From contig CAWJIA010000016.1 of assembly GCA_963842805.1 (NCBI GenBank), positions 83,075 through 147,074 of the forward strand: a stretch of DNA of 64,000 bases, read 5' to 3'. Position numbers and translations under genes: made by a program. The stretch comes from an uncultured Chloroflexia bacterium. GTDB taxonomy: Bacteria; Chloroflexota; Dehalococcoidia; GIF9; UBA5629. The notes under the pieces were generated by a model. It searched no databases, was not told the origin of the DNA, and saw only the letters and a program-made list of their open reading frames with translations. The first letter of the stretch is position 1. Each line of letters opens with the position of its first letter. Positions 28,489-38,293 of this stretch are shown one piece after another.

Positions 28489-29187
28489 TCAGGCAGCTTC
28501 GAGGATAATCCTGGCATCGACTGCCGTCGCCCCGTCCTTATAAGCAAATACGGGGTTGAGATCAAGCTCCTTAATCTCGGGGTTCTTTTCTACAAAGTCA
28601 GATACTTTTACGATTAAATCCTCGAGGAAGGGAACATTGGCTGGCTCCTGCCCCCGGTAGCCTTTGAGGACGGGGAACCCCTTTATCTCGGTTATCATCT
28701 CGGCGGCGTCGCGCTTTTCCAGCGGCACAATGCGGAATGATACATCCTTCAATATCTCGACCAGTATGCCGCCCAGGCCGAACATGATAACCGGCCCGAA
28801 CTGGGCATCCTTGGTCATGCCGATGATGATTTCCAGGCCCTGCCGGGCCATCTTTTGAACCGTAACGCCCACTATCCTGGCCTTGCGATCGTGCTTTTTC
28901 ACACTGGCCAAAATCTCGCTGTAAGCCTTGCCCGCCTGGGTAGCGTTCTGGATTCCCAGCTTGACTCCGCCCACATCGCTCTTATGGCTGATGTCCGGCG
29001 AAACTATCTTCATGACGACAGGGAAGCCCATTTTAGTCGCGATTTCTACGGCCTCTTTTTTAGATGTCGCCAGCCTGGTATCGACCACCGGGATCTTGGC
29101 TGCCTTCAGTAGCTCTTTCGATTCGATCTCGGTCAGCAGCGTCCTTTTCTCACGCCTGGCCGTTGCCAGAATTTCAGCTTTTGACAT
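28489..29187 (-). CDS. acetyl-CoA synthetase (ADP-forming) beta-subunit-like ATP-grasp domain protein
   Basis: VVMKIVSPDISHKSDVGGVKLGI and GMTKDAQFGPVIMFGLGGILVEILKDVSFRIVP closely match the archaeal/bacterial ACD beta (ATP-grasp_5). Confidence 0.75.
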   Translation of the reverse strand: MSKAEILATARREKRTLLTEIESKELLKAAKIPVVDTRLATSKKEAVEIATKMGFPVVMKIVSPDISHKSDVGGVKLGIQNATQAGKAYSEILASVKKHDRKARIVGVTVQKMARQGLEIIIGMTKDAQFGPVIMFGLGGILVEILKDVSFRIVPLEKRDAAEMITEIKGFPVLKGYRGQEPANVPFLEDLIVKVSDFVEKNPEIKELDLNPVFAYKDGATAVDARIILEAA

Positions 29188-29327
29188 CTCGCTTCTCCTT
29201 GTATATGGTGGTAATTGAAAATGTTCGATTCGGTGGAAATTTGCTACATTTTAGCCAATCTATATCCTGATTGCAAAATATCAGCATTACATTATATCAT
29301 TACTTGTTTTGATTAGGGGATCAATCA

Positions 29328-29927
29328 ATGGTTGCAGATAACGCTCAAAAGGTATCGCTGCTCTGCATTGCAGGAAGCCCGCGCCATGGAGGAAATACCG
29401 ACCGGCTGCTCAACGAAGCTGTGGCAGGAGCGGCCTCCAGAGGCGCACAGATCAAGCATATCATATTGAACGACCTGGAAATCGCCCCCTGTCAGCACTG
29501 CGACGGGTGCATCCAGACCGGCGGCATATGCGCCATAGCGGATGACATGCAGTTACTCCTGGCCGACCTGAGGGAGTTCGACCGCTTTATACTGGCCTCG
29601 CCCGTTTTCTTCATGGGGGTTACCGCGCAGGCCAAGGCTATGATCGATCGATGCCAGGCGCTGTGGGTGATCAAATATATCTTGAAGCTGCCTGTCGGTT
29701 TGAAAAAGGATGTGGCCCGTAAGGGAGCATTCATTTCGGTGGGCGGACGCAGCTACGACAACCTGTTTCAGGGTTCCATCGCCACGGTAAAAAGCTGGTA
29801 TCACGTGCTCGACGCCGAGTATGCAGGTGAGATTCTGGTGAAGGGGATAGACCATTTTAACGGCATTGACGCCAATCATGCAGCCCTCAAAGAGGCATTC
29901 CTCCTGGGGCAGCAGATCGTAAGCTAA
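29328..29927 (+). CDS. iron-sulfur flavoprotein / NADPH-dependent FMN reductase family
   Basis: LLCIAGSPRHGGNTDRLL is the flavodoxin-like FMN reductase motif. CQHCDGCIQTGGIC is an Isf-type Cys cluster. Confidence 0.7.
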   Translation: MVADNAQKVSLLCIAGSPRHGGNTDRLLNEAVAGAASRGAQIKHIILNDLEIAPCQHCDGCIQTGGICAIADDMQLLLADLREFDRFILASPVFFMGVTAQAKAMIDRCQALWVIKYILKLPVGLKKDVARKGAFISVGGRSYDNLFQGSIATVKSWYHVLDAEYAGEILVKGIDHFNGIDANHAALKEAFLLGQQIVS

Positions 29928-29950
29928 ATATAGTCCTTAAGGAGGGCCCA

Positions 29951-31093
29951 ATGGATTTTTATTTGAGTGAAGAACAAAAAATGTTCCAGGCCATGGTGCG
30001 CGACTTCGCTAACAATGTGGTTAAGCCGGAAGCGAACAAAATCGATGAGGAAGGGAAATTTCCTGCGGATATATTCAAAAAAGCCGCCGATCTGGGGATT
30101 TTCGGCATCACCATCGACGAGAAATACGGCGGCAGCGGCGGAGACTACCTTTCCATGACCGTGTGCTGCGAAGAGCTTTCCCGGGCCTCGGCGGCCATTG
30201 GCACCATCTTCCTGGCCAATCTCTCGCTGGCCTGCTACCCGATCTATAAGTTCGGCAACGAAGAGCAGAAGAAGAAGTTCGTGACGCCGGTTGCCAGAGG
30301 AGAGAAGCTTTGCTGCTTCGCCCTGACCGAACCCGGCGCCGGCAGCGACGCCGCCGCTTTGCAGACCACTGCCGTGCGCGAGGGCGAGCATTTTATCCTC
30401 AATGGAAACAAGATTTTTATAACCAATGGTGACGAAGCCGCCGTCACAGTCGTTTTTGCCACCGAGGATAGGGCCAAAGGCCACAAGGGCATTTCGGCCT
30501 TTATCGTTGAAAAAGGAACGCCCGGCTATTCGGTCGGCAAGCTGGAGCACAAGATGGGCATTCACGGTTCCTCGACGGCCGAGCTGGTCTTCGAAAACTG
30601 CAAAATACCTGCATTCAACCTGCTGGGAGAGCCGGGCAAAGGGATACGGTATGCGATGGAATCCATCGATTCGAGCCGTGTCACCGTGGCCGCGCAGGCG
30701 TTGGGCATCGCCCAGGCCGCCTTTGATGATGCACTGGCTTACTCCCAAACCCGCATACAATTCGGCAAGCCCCTCTGCCAGCACCAGGCTATCCAGTGGA
30801 TGCTGGCCGATATGGCCACCCAGATAGATGCCGCCCGCATGATGGTATACCGGGCTGCCTGGCTTAAAGATAAGGGCGTGCACTTCATGAAGGAAGCTGC
30901 CATGGCCAAGCTCTTCGCTGGCGAGGTTTCCTCCTTCGTGACCAATAAAGCCGTGCAGATACACGGCGGCTATGGATACTGCAGGGATTATCCCGTCGAA
31001 CGCTACCTGCGCGACGCCAAGATAACCGAGATTTACGAAGGCACTTCTGAGATGCAGCGCATGACCATTGCCCGGGCGCTGACCAGCCAATAG
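29951..31093 (+). CDS. acyl-CoA dehydrogenase (short/medium-chain type)
   Basis: MDFYLSEEQKMFQAMVRDFANNVVKPEANKIDEEGKFPADIFKKAADLGIFGI, with the C-terminal QIHGGYGYCRDYPVERYLRDAKITEIYEGTSEMQRMTIAR signature. Confidence 0.85.
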   Translation: MDFYLSEEQKMFQAMVRDFANNVVKPEANKIDEEGKFPADIFKKAADLGIFGITIDEKYGGSGGDYLSMTVCCEELSRASAAIGTIFLANLSLACYPIYKFGNEEQKKKFVTPVARGEKLCCFALTEPGAGSDAAALQTTAVREGEHFILNGNKIFITNGDEAAVTVVFATEDRAKGHKGISAFIVEKGTPGYSVGKLEHKMGIHGSSTAELVFENCKIPAFNLLGEPGKGIRYAMESIDSSRVTVAAQALGIAQAAFDDALAYSQTRIQFGKPLCQHQAIQWMLADMATQIDAARMMVYRAAWLKDKGVHFMKEAAMAKLFAGEVSSFVTNKAVQIHGGYGYCRDYPVERYLRDAKITEIYEGTSEMQRMTIARALTSQ

Positions 31094-31108
31094 ATAGTTT
31101 AGCCCGGT

Positions 31109-32032
31109 CTACTTCCTGGCCGCGCCGCACAGGTCGCTGATCTTACTGATGCCCTCCGCGACCATGAACCTGCGGATATCCTCGATGATGTTGAGGGCTG
31201 ACTGCGGGTCCGTAAAAGTAGCTGTACCCACTTCGACTGCCGCCGCCCCGGCCATGATAAATTCCAAGGCATGGCGTCCGCTGGCAATCCCACCGCAACC
31301 AATCACGGGAATGCTGACGCAGCCCGCCACCCGGTAAACCATATGCAGGGCCACGGGCCTGATGGCCGGCCCCGACAGCCCACCCATTATGTTGCCGAGC
31401 ATCGGCTCCCGCCTGTCGATATCGATGGCCATGCCGCTAAGGGTGTTTATCAGTGATATGGCATCGGCGCCCGCCTTCTCCACAGCCATAGCTATAACAG
31501 TAATATCAGTGACATTGGGGCTCAGCTTTACGATGACGGGAAGTGAGGTAGCCGCTTTAACCGCTCTAGCTACTTCGGCGGCCATGGTGGGGTCAGTGCC
31601 GAACTGCATCCCGCCGCATTTTACGTTGGGGCAACTGATGTTAACCTCGATTCCTCTTATGCCCTTTACCCCTTCCAGCCTGGAGGCTACCTTGGCGTAC
31701 TCTTCGACGGTATCCCCGGCGATATTGACTATTACAGGCACACTCCAGCCGGCCCATACAGGCGCCTGCTCTTTGACCAGGGCTTCAACACCTATGTTCT
31801 GCAGCCCCACCGAGTTTAAGATACCGGCTGCTACTTCGATTATCCTGGGCTGTGCGTTGCCTTCGCGCGGCTCGAGCGTAGTGCCCTTGCAAATGATGGC
31901 GCCCAGCTTCTGAATATCCACCAGGTCGCCGTATTCATTACCGTATCCGAAGGTGCCGGAGGCCGTCATCACGGGATTAATCAGTCTCAGGCCGGGTGCC
32001 ATCAGCACGCTGAGATCATATTTGTCCGTCAT
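31109..32032 (-). CDS. pyrD: dihydroorotate dehydrogenase catalytic subunit (class 1)
   Basis: Near-colinear match to PyrD class 1: GLRLINPVMTASGTFGYG, VNISCPNV, GLSGPAIRPVAL, GCGGIASG. No adjacent pyrK was seen. Confidence 0.8.
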   Translation of the reverse strand: MTDKYDLSVLMAPGLRLINPVMTASGTFGYGNEYGDLVDIQKLGAIICKGTTLEPREGNAQPRIIEVAAGILNSVGLQNIGVEALVKEQAPVWAGWSVPVIVNIAGDTVEEYAKVASRLEGVKGIRGIEVNISCPNVKCGGMQFGTDPTMAAEVARAVKAATSLPVIVKLSPNVTDITVIAMAVEKAGADAISLINTLSGMAIDIDRREPMLGNIMGGLSGPAIRPVALHMVYRVAGCVSIPVIGCGGIASGRHALEFIMAGAAAVEVGTATFTDPQSALNIIEDIRRFMVAEGISKISDLCGAARK

Positions 32033-32355
32033 ATCCTGGTTCCCGGCTTCCTCTTAATTACAGACTTTATTTTACCTTCCATGGTCAAACGTTTGTCGCA
32101 GCGGTCATCGATCTTCAGTGTGGTGACCACGCGCTGAGCCCCCTTGAGAAAAGGAACGTTGTGCATCTCACGTGTCGCTTCCAATATCTCTGACAGCGGG
32201 CCCTGCATTATCGTGCCCATGGGTGTGAGGCGGTAGCTTATCTTTTTCCTCTTCTCGAGAACATCGATGCAGGCCGCCACGAATTCACTGACGCCGGCGC
32301 TGCCGGTCCCGATGGGAACCACCGATATCTCGGCCACAACTATTCTCTCTTTCAT
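32029..32355 (-). CDS. MTH1187/YkoF family (DUF77) thiamine-binding-like protein
   Basis: VAEISVVPIGTGSAGVSEFVAACIDVL...TPMGTIMQG is the family pattern. It overlaps the pyrD start by 4 nt. Confidence 0.7.
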   Translation of the reverse strand: MKERIVVAEISVVPIGTGSAGVSEFVAACIDVLEKRKKISYRLTPMGTIMQGPLSEILEATREMHNVPFLKGAQRVVTTLKIDDRCDKRLTMEGKIKSVIKRKPGTRI

Positions 32356-32481
32356 GCTCCCACCCGTACTATTTGCTGCTTATAGTATATACGAGTAAAG
32401 ACATAAATTACAGGTATGCTGCAGACACGCCTGTACAGCAAATGTGATAAAATTTTTAGCGTATCCGTTTCAATTATAGCT

Positions 32482-33153
32482 ATGGAAGACAGCAAAATTT
32501 ACCGCATCCGTGATATGAGGGACGAAGATATCAGCCAGGTTCTGGATATCGACCTGGATGCCTTTCCTACACAGTGGCCGCACCCCACATTTACTTCGTA
32601 TCATCACGAGCTGCGCAACAAACTGGCACACTACATAGTAATTTACAGGGAGAATGACCTTCAGCCACCCGCCCAGGAGAAACCCCTAGCGGAAGGTTCA
32701 CAGCGAGTGCTATCATTTATAAAGGGAGTATTAAACCACGGCCTGTTGTTCGGACTGGGAAAACCCTCCCAACCCAGGGAATACCTGCCGGGCATGGCGG
32801 GCATTTGGATGATGGTGGACGAGGCGCACATAGTTACCATAGCCGTGAGAAAGGCCCATAAAAATCAAGGGCTGGGAGAATGGTTGCTGATCTCCATCAT
32901 CGAACTGGCTATGCAACTGAACGCCAGGGTTGTTACACTGGAAGTCAGAGTATCCAATACCATCGCACAGAAGCTCTATGAAAAATACGGATTTAGCAAG
33001 GCCGGCATACGGAAAAAGTATTATTCCGATAATGGGGAAGACGCGCTTATCATGACTACGGGTGACCTTACTTCCTCTGAGTACCGGCTGAAGTTACAGC
33101 AACTAGCGCAGTCGCACCGTGAACGCTATAGCTACTGCTACACCAGAATGTGA
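32482..33153 (+). CDS. GNAT N-acetyltransferase (RimI-like)
   Basis: HIVTIAVRKAHKNQGLGEWLL and EVRVSNTIAQKLYEKYGF are the acetyl-CoA-binding motifs A/B. The start is taken at ATG 32482 (MEDSKIY); the track ORF begins at 32416. Confidence 0.65.
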   Translation: MEDSKIYRIRDMRDEDISQVLDIDLDAFPTQWPHPTFTSYHHELRNKLAHYIVIYRENDLQPPAQEKPLAEGSQRVLSFIKGVLNHGLLFGLGKPSQPREYLPGMAGIWMMVDEAHIVTIAVRKAHKNQGLGEWLLISIIELAMQLNARVVTLEVRVSNTIAQKLYEKYGFSKAGIRKKYYSDNGEDALIMTTGDLTSSEYRLKLQQLAQSHRERYSYCYTRM

Positions 33154-33764
33154 TTGAACCGATTGGAGGATTGAACATGGGAGAAATGAAAAGTGCCTGG
33201 CAGATCGCCATGGAAAAAGCTGATAAACTGGGCAAGGTCAGCCCTGACGAGCTAAACAGCATAAAATACGTGCCGGAAGGCAATAAAATAGCCTCTCAGT
33301 ACCTCCAGGATGCTAAAAGCGACCTGGCCGCTGAACTGTCGAAGTATCCGGCCGAGGACGCAGCTAAATTCGTAAGAAAAGGTATCGAAGAGATACTGCT
33401 GCGCAATATTGCGCTCCCCCATAATGATGAAGATACACGCAGGACCAGGAGATCTATGGAAGGCCTGCGTATCATAAAGGACAACAAAAAACAGCTCGAA
33501 TCGGTCTTCGCTCTGATCAATAACCTGGTCAACCAGTACAATATGGCGCTGCAGCAGACATATGCCGAGTTCAAGAAAAAGGCAGAAGCCATGATTCAAC
33601 AATCAGCGGGCGACATGCGTGCACAGAGGGGAGACCAGATGTCCATGGAACAGAAGCTTCAGCTTCAATTGCAGGAGGAATGGCGGCAGATACACAGCGA
33701 GCTGGATTCACAGTATGAAAAGGCCTTGGACGATCATAAACAGAAAATAAAGGAGACCGGCTGA
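33150..33764 (+). CDS. hypothetical protein (predicted helical/coiled-coil)
   Basis: 204-aa ORF rich in charged residues. The alternative start MGEMKS is at 33177. No family recognised. Confidence 0.4.
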   Translation: MIEPIGGLNMGEMKSAWQIAMEKADKLGKVSPDELNSIKYVPEGNKIASQYLQDAKSDLAAELSKYPAEDAAKFVRKGIEEILLRNIALPHNDEDTRRTRRSMEGLRIIKDNKKQLESVFALINNLVNQYNMALQQTYAEFKKKAEAMIQQSAGDMRAQRGDQMSMEQKLQLQLQEEWRQIHSELDSQYEKALDDHKQKIKETG

Positions 33765-33776
33765 CCCGGCCCCTGA

Positions 33777-34643
33777 CTACTGGTGATAATCCCTGGGTTT
33801 CCACCAGGGATAAAAAGCGGGCATATCACTGCTGACCTTCATGGGAAATTTAGGCGGCCTTTTTTCCAGGAACGACATCACTCCTTCATGTGCATCGGGC
33901 TGGCCGTACATCCAGTTAAGATATTTCGATTCCAGGATATGCGCCTCCATGGGATGGTCGGCGCCCAGCATTTTCCACATCATCTGCCTGCAAAGGGCAA
34001 CCGCAATGGAAGACGCGTTACTGGCAATCTCAAGGGCAATCTGCTTCGCACGCGGGATCAGGTTCTCGGGTTCCACCAGCTCGGTAACAAGCCGCTTTTC
34101 ATAAGCCTCCTGCGCGGTAAAAACGCGGCCGCTGTAGACCCATTCGGAGGCGACGCCCATACCAACCAGTCGCGGCAGGAACCAGGTGGCACAGGCATCG
34201 AGTCCTATTCCCCTCCTGGCAAATACGAACCCCATTTTGGCATTCCTGGAGGCGATGCGGATATCCATAGGCAGCGTCAGCGTTGAACCAAACCCTACGG
34301 CGGCGCCGTTAATGGCGGCAATGACGGGTTTCTTCATATCGTAGATTCGCAGGGCTACCATGCCGCCTTCGTCCCTGTGCGATACTTTTCCGTTCTTGCC
34401 TGTGAATCTATCCAAAAATGACCCGGCATCCACTGCGGCTGATAAATCGGCGCCGGCGCAAAAAGCCTTGCCGGCTCCGGTGACGATCAATGCCTTTACT
34501 TCATCGTCTTGATCGGCATAATCGAAAGCTGTGATAAGCTCCATGCAGGATTCCGCCGTTTGCGCATTCAAATGTTCGGGCCTGTTGAGCGTAAGCATTA
34601 GAACCCCGTCCGCAGCCTCATATTTCAGATATTTATAGTCCAC
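33777..34643 (-). CDS. enoyl-CoA hydratase/isomerase (crotonase) family
   Basis: LTLNRPEHLNAQ...ALIVTGAGKAFCAGADL is the crotonase fold signature. Confidence 0.8.
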   Translation of the reverse strand: MDYKYLKYEAADGVLMLTLNRPEHLNAQTAESCMELITAFDYADQDDEVKALIVTGAGKAFCAGADLSAAVDAGSFLDRFTGKNGKVSHRDEGGMVALRIYDMKKPVIAAINGAAVGFGSTLTLPMDIRIASRNAKMGFVFARRGIGLDACATWFLPRLVGMGVASEWVYSGRVFTAQEAYEKRLVTELVEPENLIPRAKQIALEIASNASSIAVALCRQMMWKMLGADHPMEAHILESKYLNWMYGQPDAHEGVMSFLEKRPPKFPMKVSSDMPAFYPWWKPRDYHQ

Positions 34644-34676
34644 AGCCTGCTCCCTGCCAGATCGAGATTACTAACG

Positions 34677-35675
34677 TCAGTCTACTAATTCCAGCGTCTG
34701 GCCTATCTGTTTCCAGGTTGGCATACGGCTGGCAGCATTGTCCAGGGTGGTGGTGGCGCCAAAGAATATGTAGCGGCTGCCCTTCTGGAAACCGAATGCA
34801 TAAAACTCATACGAGGGAGAGGCTTCCGTCTTCGAATCGTAAATGTATTCGTAGGCAGGAGTCACCCCATCCGCCAGTGTGGTGGTGTTATCCGAGGACA
34901 CCAGCTTGGGATTGGGCCGTCCTCCAGCCACACGAATGGCATTTTTAGCAGCTTCCATCAAAACATCATTTGTTTGTACACCATACGAACCTGTGACTAT
35001 GACCATGATGCTATCGAAAGTACTGCTGCCCGTAGAGGAAACCGCAACAAAGGTGGCGCCATTCACCGGCGATTGCTTGGTCTGGTAGCTGGCAGGATAC
35101 TTAAGCACAAAATGATAGGTGTCGTTTTTATACTGGCTATATTCCCAGGGGGGAGGGGGAACCGCTTTTTTAGGTGGACCGCCGCCTGTATCAGTCGCGG
35201 GTGCGGGGGCCGGCTTTATTACCAGGGTGACCTTTACTATCTGTGGAGATCCCCGGGATGCGGCACCCTCTATATTTATATCTCCCGTATAGGTGCCCGC
35301 CGCCAGCGAAGACGGGGAAATGTACACTTTAAATGTAGCCATGGTAAGGTGCTCTAGTGCACCGTTGGCCGCATCCATCCACATCCACGGTGAAGATTCC
35401 GTTGCCGCCCAGATCATTATTCCTCCACCGTCATTGTGAACATTAACGGTCTCGGTAACTGTATTAGTTTGGCCCTCCGTGAATTGCTCCGTTATGGTCG
35501 AGGGGTCCACGGTTAATAACGGTGTTGTATCCTGGGTTTTTTGAGCAACGGGCGCCGGCTGTGCTGCCGGGGGCGAACATCCCGCAATTGCAGCCAGAGT
35601 CAAAATCAGGATGGCACAAAAGCATGATGCAATCCGGGGTCTGCCGGGCCTCTGAAAAAGTAGTTTCATATTCAT
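34677..35675 (-). CDS. secreted/lipoprotein of unknown function
   Basis: An N-terminal hydrophobic segment is followed by AGCSPP (a lipobox-like sequence). The mature part is Thr/Ser-rich. Confidence 0.45.
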   Translation of the reverse strand: MNMKLLFQRPGRPRIASCFCAILILTLAAIAGCSPPAAQPAPVAQKTQDTTPLLTVDPSTITEQFTEGQTNTVTETVNVHNDGGGIMIWAATESSPWMWMDAANGALEHLTMATFKVYISPSSLAAGTYTGDINIEGAASRGSPQIVKVTLVIKPAPAPATDTGGGPPKKAVPPPPWEYSQYKNDTYHFVLKYPASYQTKQSPVNGATFVAVSSTGSSTFDSIMVIVTGSYGVQTNDVLMEAAKNAIRVAGGRPNPKLVSSDNTTTLADGVTPAYEYIYDSKTEASPSYEFYAFGFQKGSRYIFFGATTTLDNAASRMPTWKQIGQTLELVD

Positions 35676-35828
35676 ATATAGATTAATTTATTATAGCATT
35701 GAAATTGGGCTGCTGGGAAAGCCTTGAAATGGTTCAGAGATACACCAGGTCATTCAGCTTCCAGGATAGCATGAAGTTCTATAGGTCACCCTTGTCTTAG
35801 ATGTAGTTATGTTAGTTTATTTTCCACT

Positions 35829-36470
35829 TTAAGTGACTTTTACCATGATACTGAAATTGGCACGTCCACCTTTCCCATCAGCTACAGCAACTGTAATTGT
35901 ATAAATGCCTTCTATACCTGGCGCAATCCAACTGATTTTAGTGCCTTTTCCCTGTATACGGCCGCCACTTGTTGACCAAGTGTAATTCAAATTGTCATTA
36001 TCAGCGTCACTGGCTAAACAAGTTACTTCACATACCGTCCACTTAGGGCATTCAAGTGCTGGAGCTGCTGTGTTTGGCGTAATCGTTATAGGTGTCCCAC
36101 TATTAAAAATAATCCCTTTGATGATAGGCGGTGGATTTAGTTGTGTAAGAGTAGGTATAGGATAAGGAATAGAAGTAGGTATAGGAGGTGGTGGAGGTGT
36201 AGTAGGAGGAGGAGGTGTAGTAGTAGGAGAAGGTGTAGTAGTAGGAGAAGGTGTAGTAATAGGAGGAAGTGTAGGAGTAGGAGGTGTGGCTGTAGGAGGA
36301 GGAGGCATAGGAGAAGGAGGAGGAGGTGTAGGCGTAGATTTAGGTGTAGATGTAACTGGAGGATTAGATGGAGGTGCTGCATTATTAGAAGTACAACTGA
36401 CTCCACCGCCGATAATAATAAGTACGGCTACTAAGATGCCGATAAGCAAGTGATTCCTTCTGGTGCTCAT
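35829..36470 (-). CDS. secreted Pro/Thr-rich repeat protein with C-terminal beta-rich domain
   Basis: A signal-anchor LLIGILVAVLIIIGG is followed by PTTPSPTTTPSPTTTPPPP low-complexity sequence, encoded by tandem nucleotide repeats at 36180-36330. Confidence 0.5.
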   Translation of the reverse strand: MSTRRNHLLIGILVAVLIIIGGGVSCTSNNAAPPSNPPVTSTPKSTPTPPPPSPMPPPPTATPPTPTLPPITTPSPTTTPSPTTTPPPPTTPPPPPIPTSIPYPIPTLTQLNPPPIIKGIIFNSGTPITITPNTAAPALECPKWTVCEVTCLASDADNDNLNYTWSTSGGRIQGKGTKISWIAPGIEGIYTITVAVADGKGGRANFSIMVKVT

Positions 36471-36749
36471 CTCAGGCCCCTACTTAAAACATTGAAATGT
36501 TTGTTGCATTTCCACAGCATCATTTTATTAGCCGTAATTTTATCGCATTTACCCAACCAGTACAATGGGCTTATATAAATAATCTATGGTGACATAGGGC
36601 TGATAAGTTATTTAAAATTGACTGTGTTAGCCTTGAGCTCCTGGATGATCTTTCGCAAAGATATAAATCTAAATAAAACTTCTTAACATTGTATAATTAG
36701 CTATAAGGTTATTTATGTTTGCAGTTTTTTTCGATGGAGGTAAACATAT

Positions 36750-36968
36750 ATGAAAGGATTTATTGGCAAAGCAATGAATGCCGCTAAAAGTTATAGTTAT
36801 TGGGACTATGTTTGGCTGAAGGTAACACTTGTTTCTATTGGTATACTCTTCGGCACATATTTTGCACAGTTTTTGATTCAGTACATAGTCATAGTATGGG
36901 CGGTATTTCTATTAACTTATTTATGGGTTGTGTATAAGACGTTTTTTAAATACTGGGACAAGAAGTAA
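36750..36968 (+). CDS. small two-TM membrane protein
   Basis: 72 aa with two hydrophobic stretches. It lies in an AT-rich intergenic zone. Low support. Confidence 0.3.
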   Translation: MKGFIGKAMNAAKSYSYWDYVWLKVTLVSIGILFGTYFAQFLIQYIVIVWAVFLLTYLWVVYKTFFKYWDKK

Positions 36969-37152
36969 CCAGGGTTGTGAGGAGGGGATGAAGCATAAAT
37001 CCCATGGGGCTTCACGGACAGCAGCTTTGTGTTGACGTTGCGTTTTTGTTCATATACGATAAAGTAGTAAACGGAAATCAAAATTGTTAAGCAAAATCGT
37101 AAAATGCCAATAAGTCGAAAAAACATTACGTTCAAGTTGAATCTGATTTTGG

Positions 37153-37228
37153 TGGTGCCCCCAAGGGAATTCGAATCCCTGTGTCCAGCTTGAAAGGCTG
37201 GTGTCCTAGGCCTCTAGACGATGGGGGC
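37153..37228 (-). tRNA. tRNA-Glu (anticodon TTC)
   Basis: The reverse complement gives GCCCCCATCGTCTAGAGGCCTAGGACACCAGCCTTTCAAGCTGGACACAGGGATTCGAATTCCCTTGGGGGCACCA. This is the typical bacterial tRNA-Glu shape with a CTTTCAA anticodon loop. Confidence 0.85.
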
Positions 37229-37234
37229 ATTGAG

Positions 37235-38281
37235 TTATGGATAGATGGGCAGGGCTTCAAGGCCTGCCGTCTCAGGAAAACCAAACATTATATTCATATT
37301 TTGAATAGCTTGTCCAGCCGCGCCTTTAACGAGGTTATCGATACAGCTTATGACTATCACCCGGCCTGTTTTCTGGTGCATGGTAGGGTACAGCAAGCAC
37401 AGGTTGCTGCCCCAGGTATGCTTCGTTTCGGGCGGCTGCTGCACCATGCGGGTAAAGGGCTCTTTGCGGTAATAATCGCTATAGATCTTATCCAGTTCCT
37501 CTTTGCCGCCAGTAAGCTTCCCTGCCTTGGCTCTGGCATAACAGGTGCTCAAAATCCCGCGCGTCATGGGCACGACGTGCGGAACGAAGGTCACCGATAC
37601 ACTGCTGGAAGGGCAAAGGTTATCCAGCTCCTGCAATATCTCGGGCTGGTGCCTGTGGCCGCTCAGGTTATAAGCGCGCACGTTGTCGCTGGCTTCAGAG
37701 AAATGCGTAGGTAATGTAAGTGTCCTTCCCGACCCGGAAATCCCTGATTTGCTGTCGACGATCAAATCGGCTTCTACCAGATCGAGCTTGACCAGGGGAG
37801 CGAGAGCCAGTATGGCCGACGAAGGATAACAGCCGGGATTGGCTACCAGGCTAGCCCCAATGATCTGGCTGCGGTGCAATTCTGGAAGCCCATAGACAGC
37901 GGTTTGCAGCAGCTCGGGCGCCGGATGAGTGAAGTCATACCATTCAGGGTAGCGGGCGGGGTCCTTCAGCCTAAAATCCGCACTCATATCTACTACGCGG
38001 ATGCCCCTTTTTAGCAGCGGCATTACCACTTCAGCACTGGCCTTGTGCGTCATGGCCGAGAAGGCCACATCCACCTTGCCCTCCAGCTCCGCGGTTATGG
38101 TGAGTCCGGTACATTCCAGGTGGGGAAAGACCTCACCCAGTTTTTTGCCGGCAGCGCTGCGGCCTGTGACAGACACCAACTCCACCTGAGGATGCTGCCA
38201 TAAGATACGCGCCAGCTCCACACCTGCATATCCCGTTACATTGATAATGCCAGCTTTAATTTTGTTCATAGCTCTTTCCAA
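37235..38281 (-). CDS. argC: N-acetyl-gamma-glutamyl-phosphate reductase
   Basis: KAGIINVTGYAGVELARILWQHPQVELVSVTGRSAAGKKL, with the active-site region ANPGCYPSS. The alternative start MNKIK is at 38269. Confidence 0.85.
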   Translation of the reverse strand: MERAMNKIKAGIINVTGYAGVELARILWQHPQVELVSVTGRSAAGKKLGEVFPHLECTGLTITAELEGKVDVAFSAMTHKASAEVVMPLLKRGIRVVDMSADFRLKDPARYPEWYDFTHPAPELLQTAVYGLPELHRSQIIGASLVANPGCYPSSAILALAPLVKLDLVEADLIVDSKSGISGSGRTLTLPTHFSEASDNVRAYNLSGHRHQPEILQELDNLCPSSSVSVTFVPHVVPMTRGILSTCYARAKAGKLTGGKEELDKIYSDYYRKEPFTRMVQQPPETKHTWGSNLCLLYPTMHQKTGRVIVISCIDNLVKGAAGQAIQNMNIMFGFPETAGLEALPIYP

Positions 38282-38293
38282 CCATCTTAGACT

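Noticed and set aside
29924-31090. 388-aa ORF antisense to the acyl-CoA dehydrogenase gene
   Set aside because: It is the complement of a strongly supported gene in a high-GC region. The composition (Gly/Ala/His-rich, no motifs) is typical of a shadow ORF.
31362-31913. 183-aa ORF antisense to pyrD
   Set aside because: Shadow ORF opposite a near-colinear PyrD match.
33783-34286. 167-aa ORF antisense to the crotonase gene
   Set aside because: Shadow ORF.
36141-36434. 97-aa Arg/Cys-rich ORF (RRRCSSRRR...) and 89-aa Leu/His-rich ORF over the repeat tract
   Set aside because: They are translations of the tandem nucleotide repeat in the wrong frames and strand. The Pro/Thr frame on the minus strand (35829-36470) is the coherent one.
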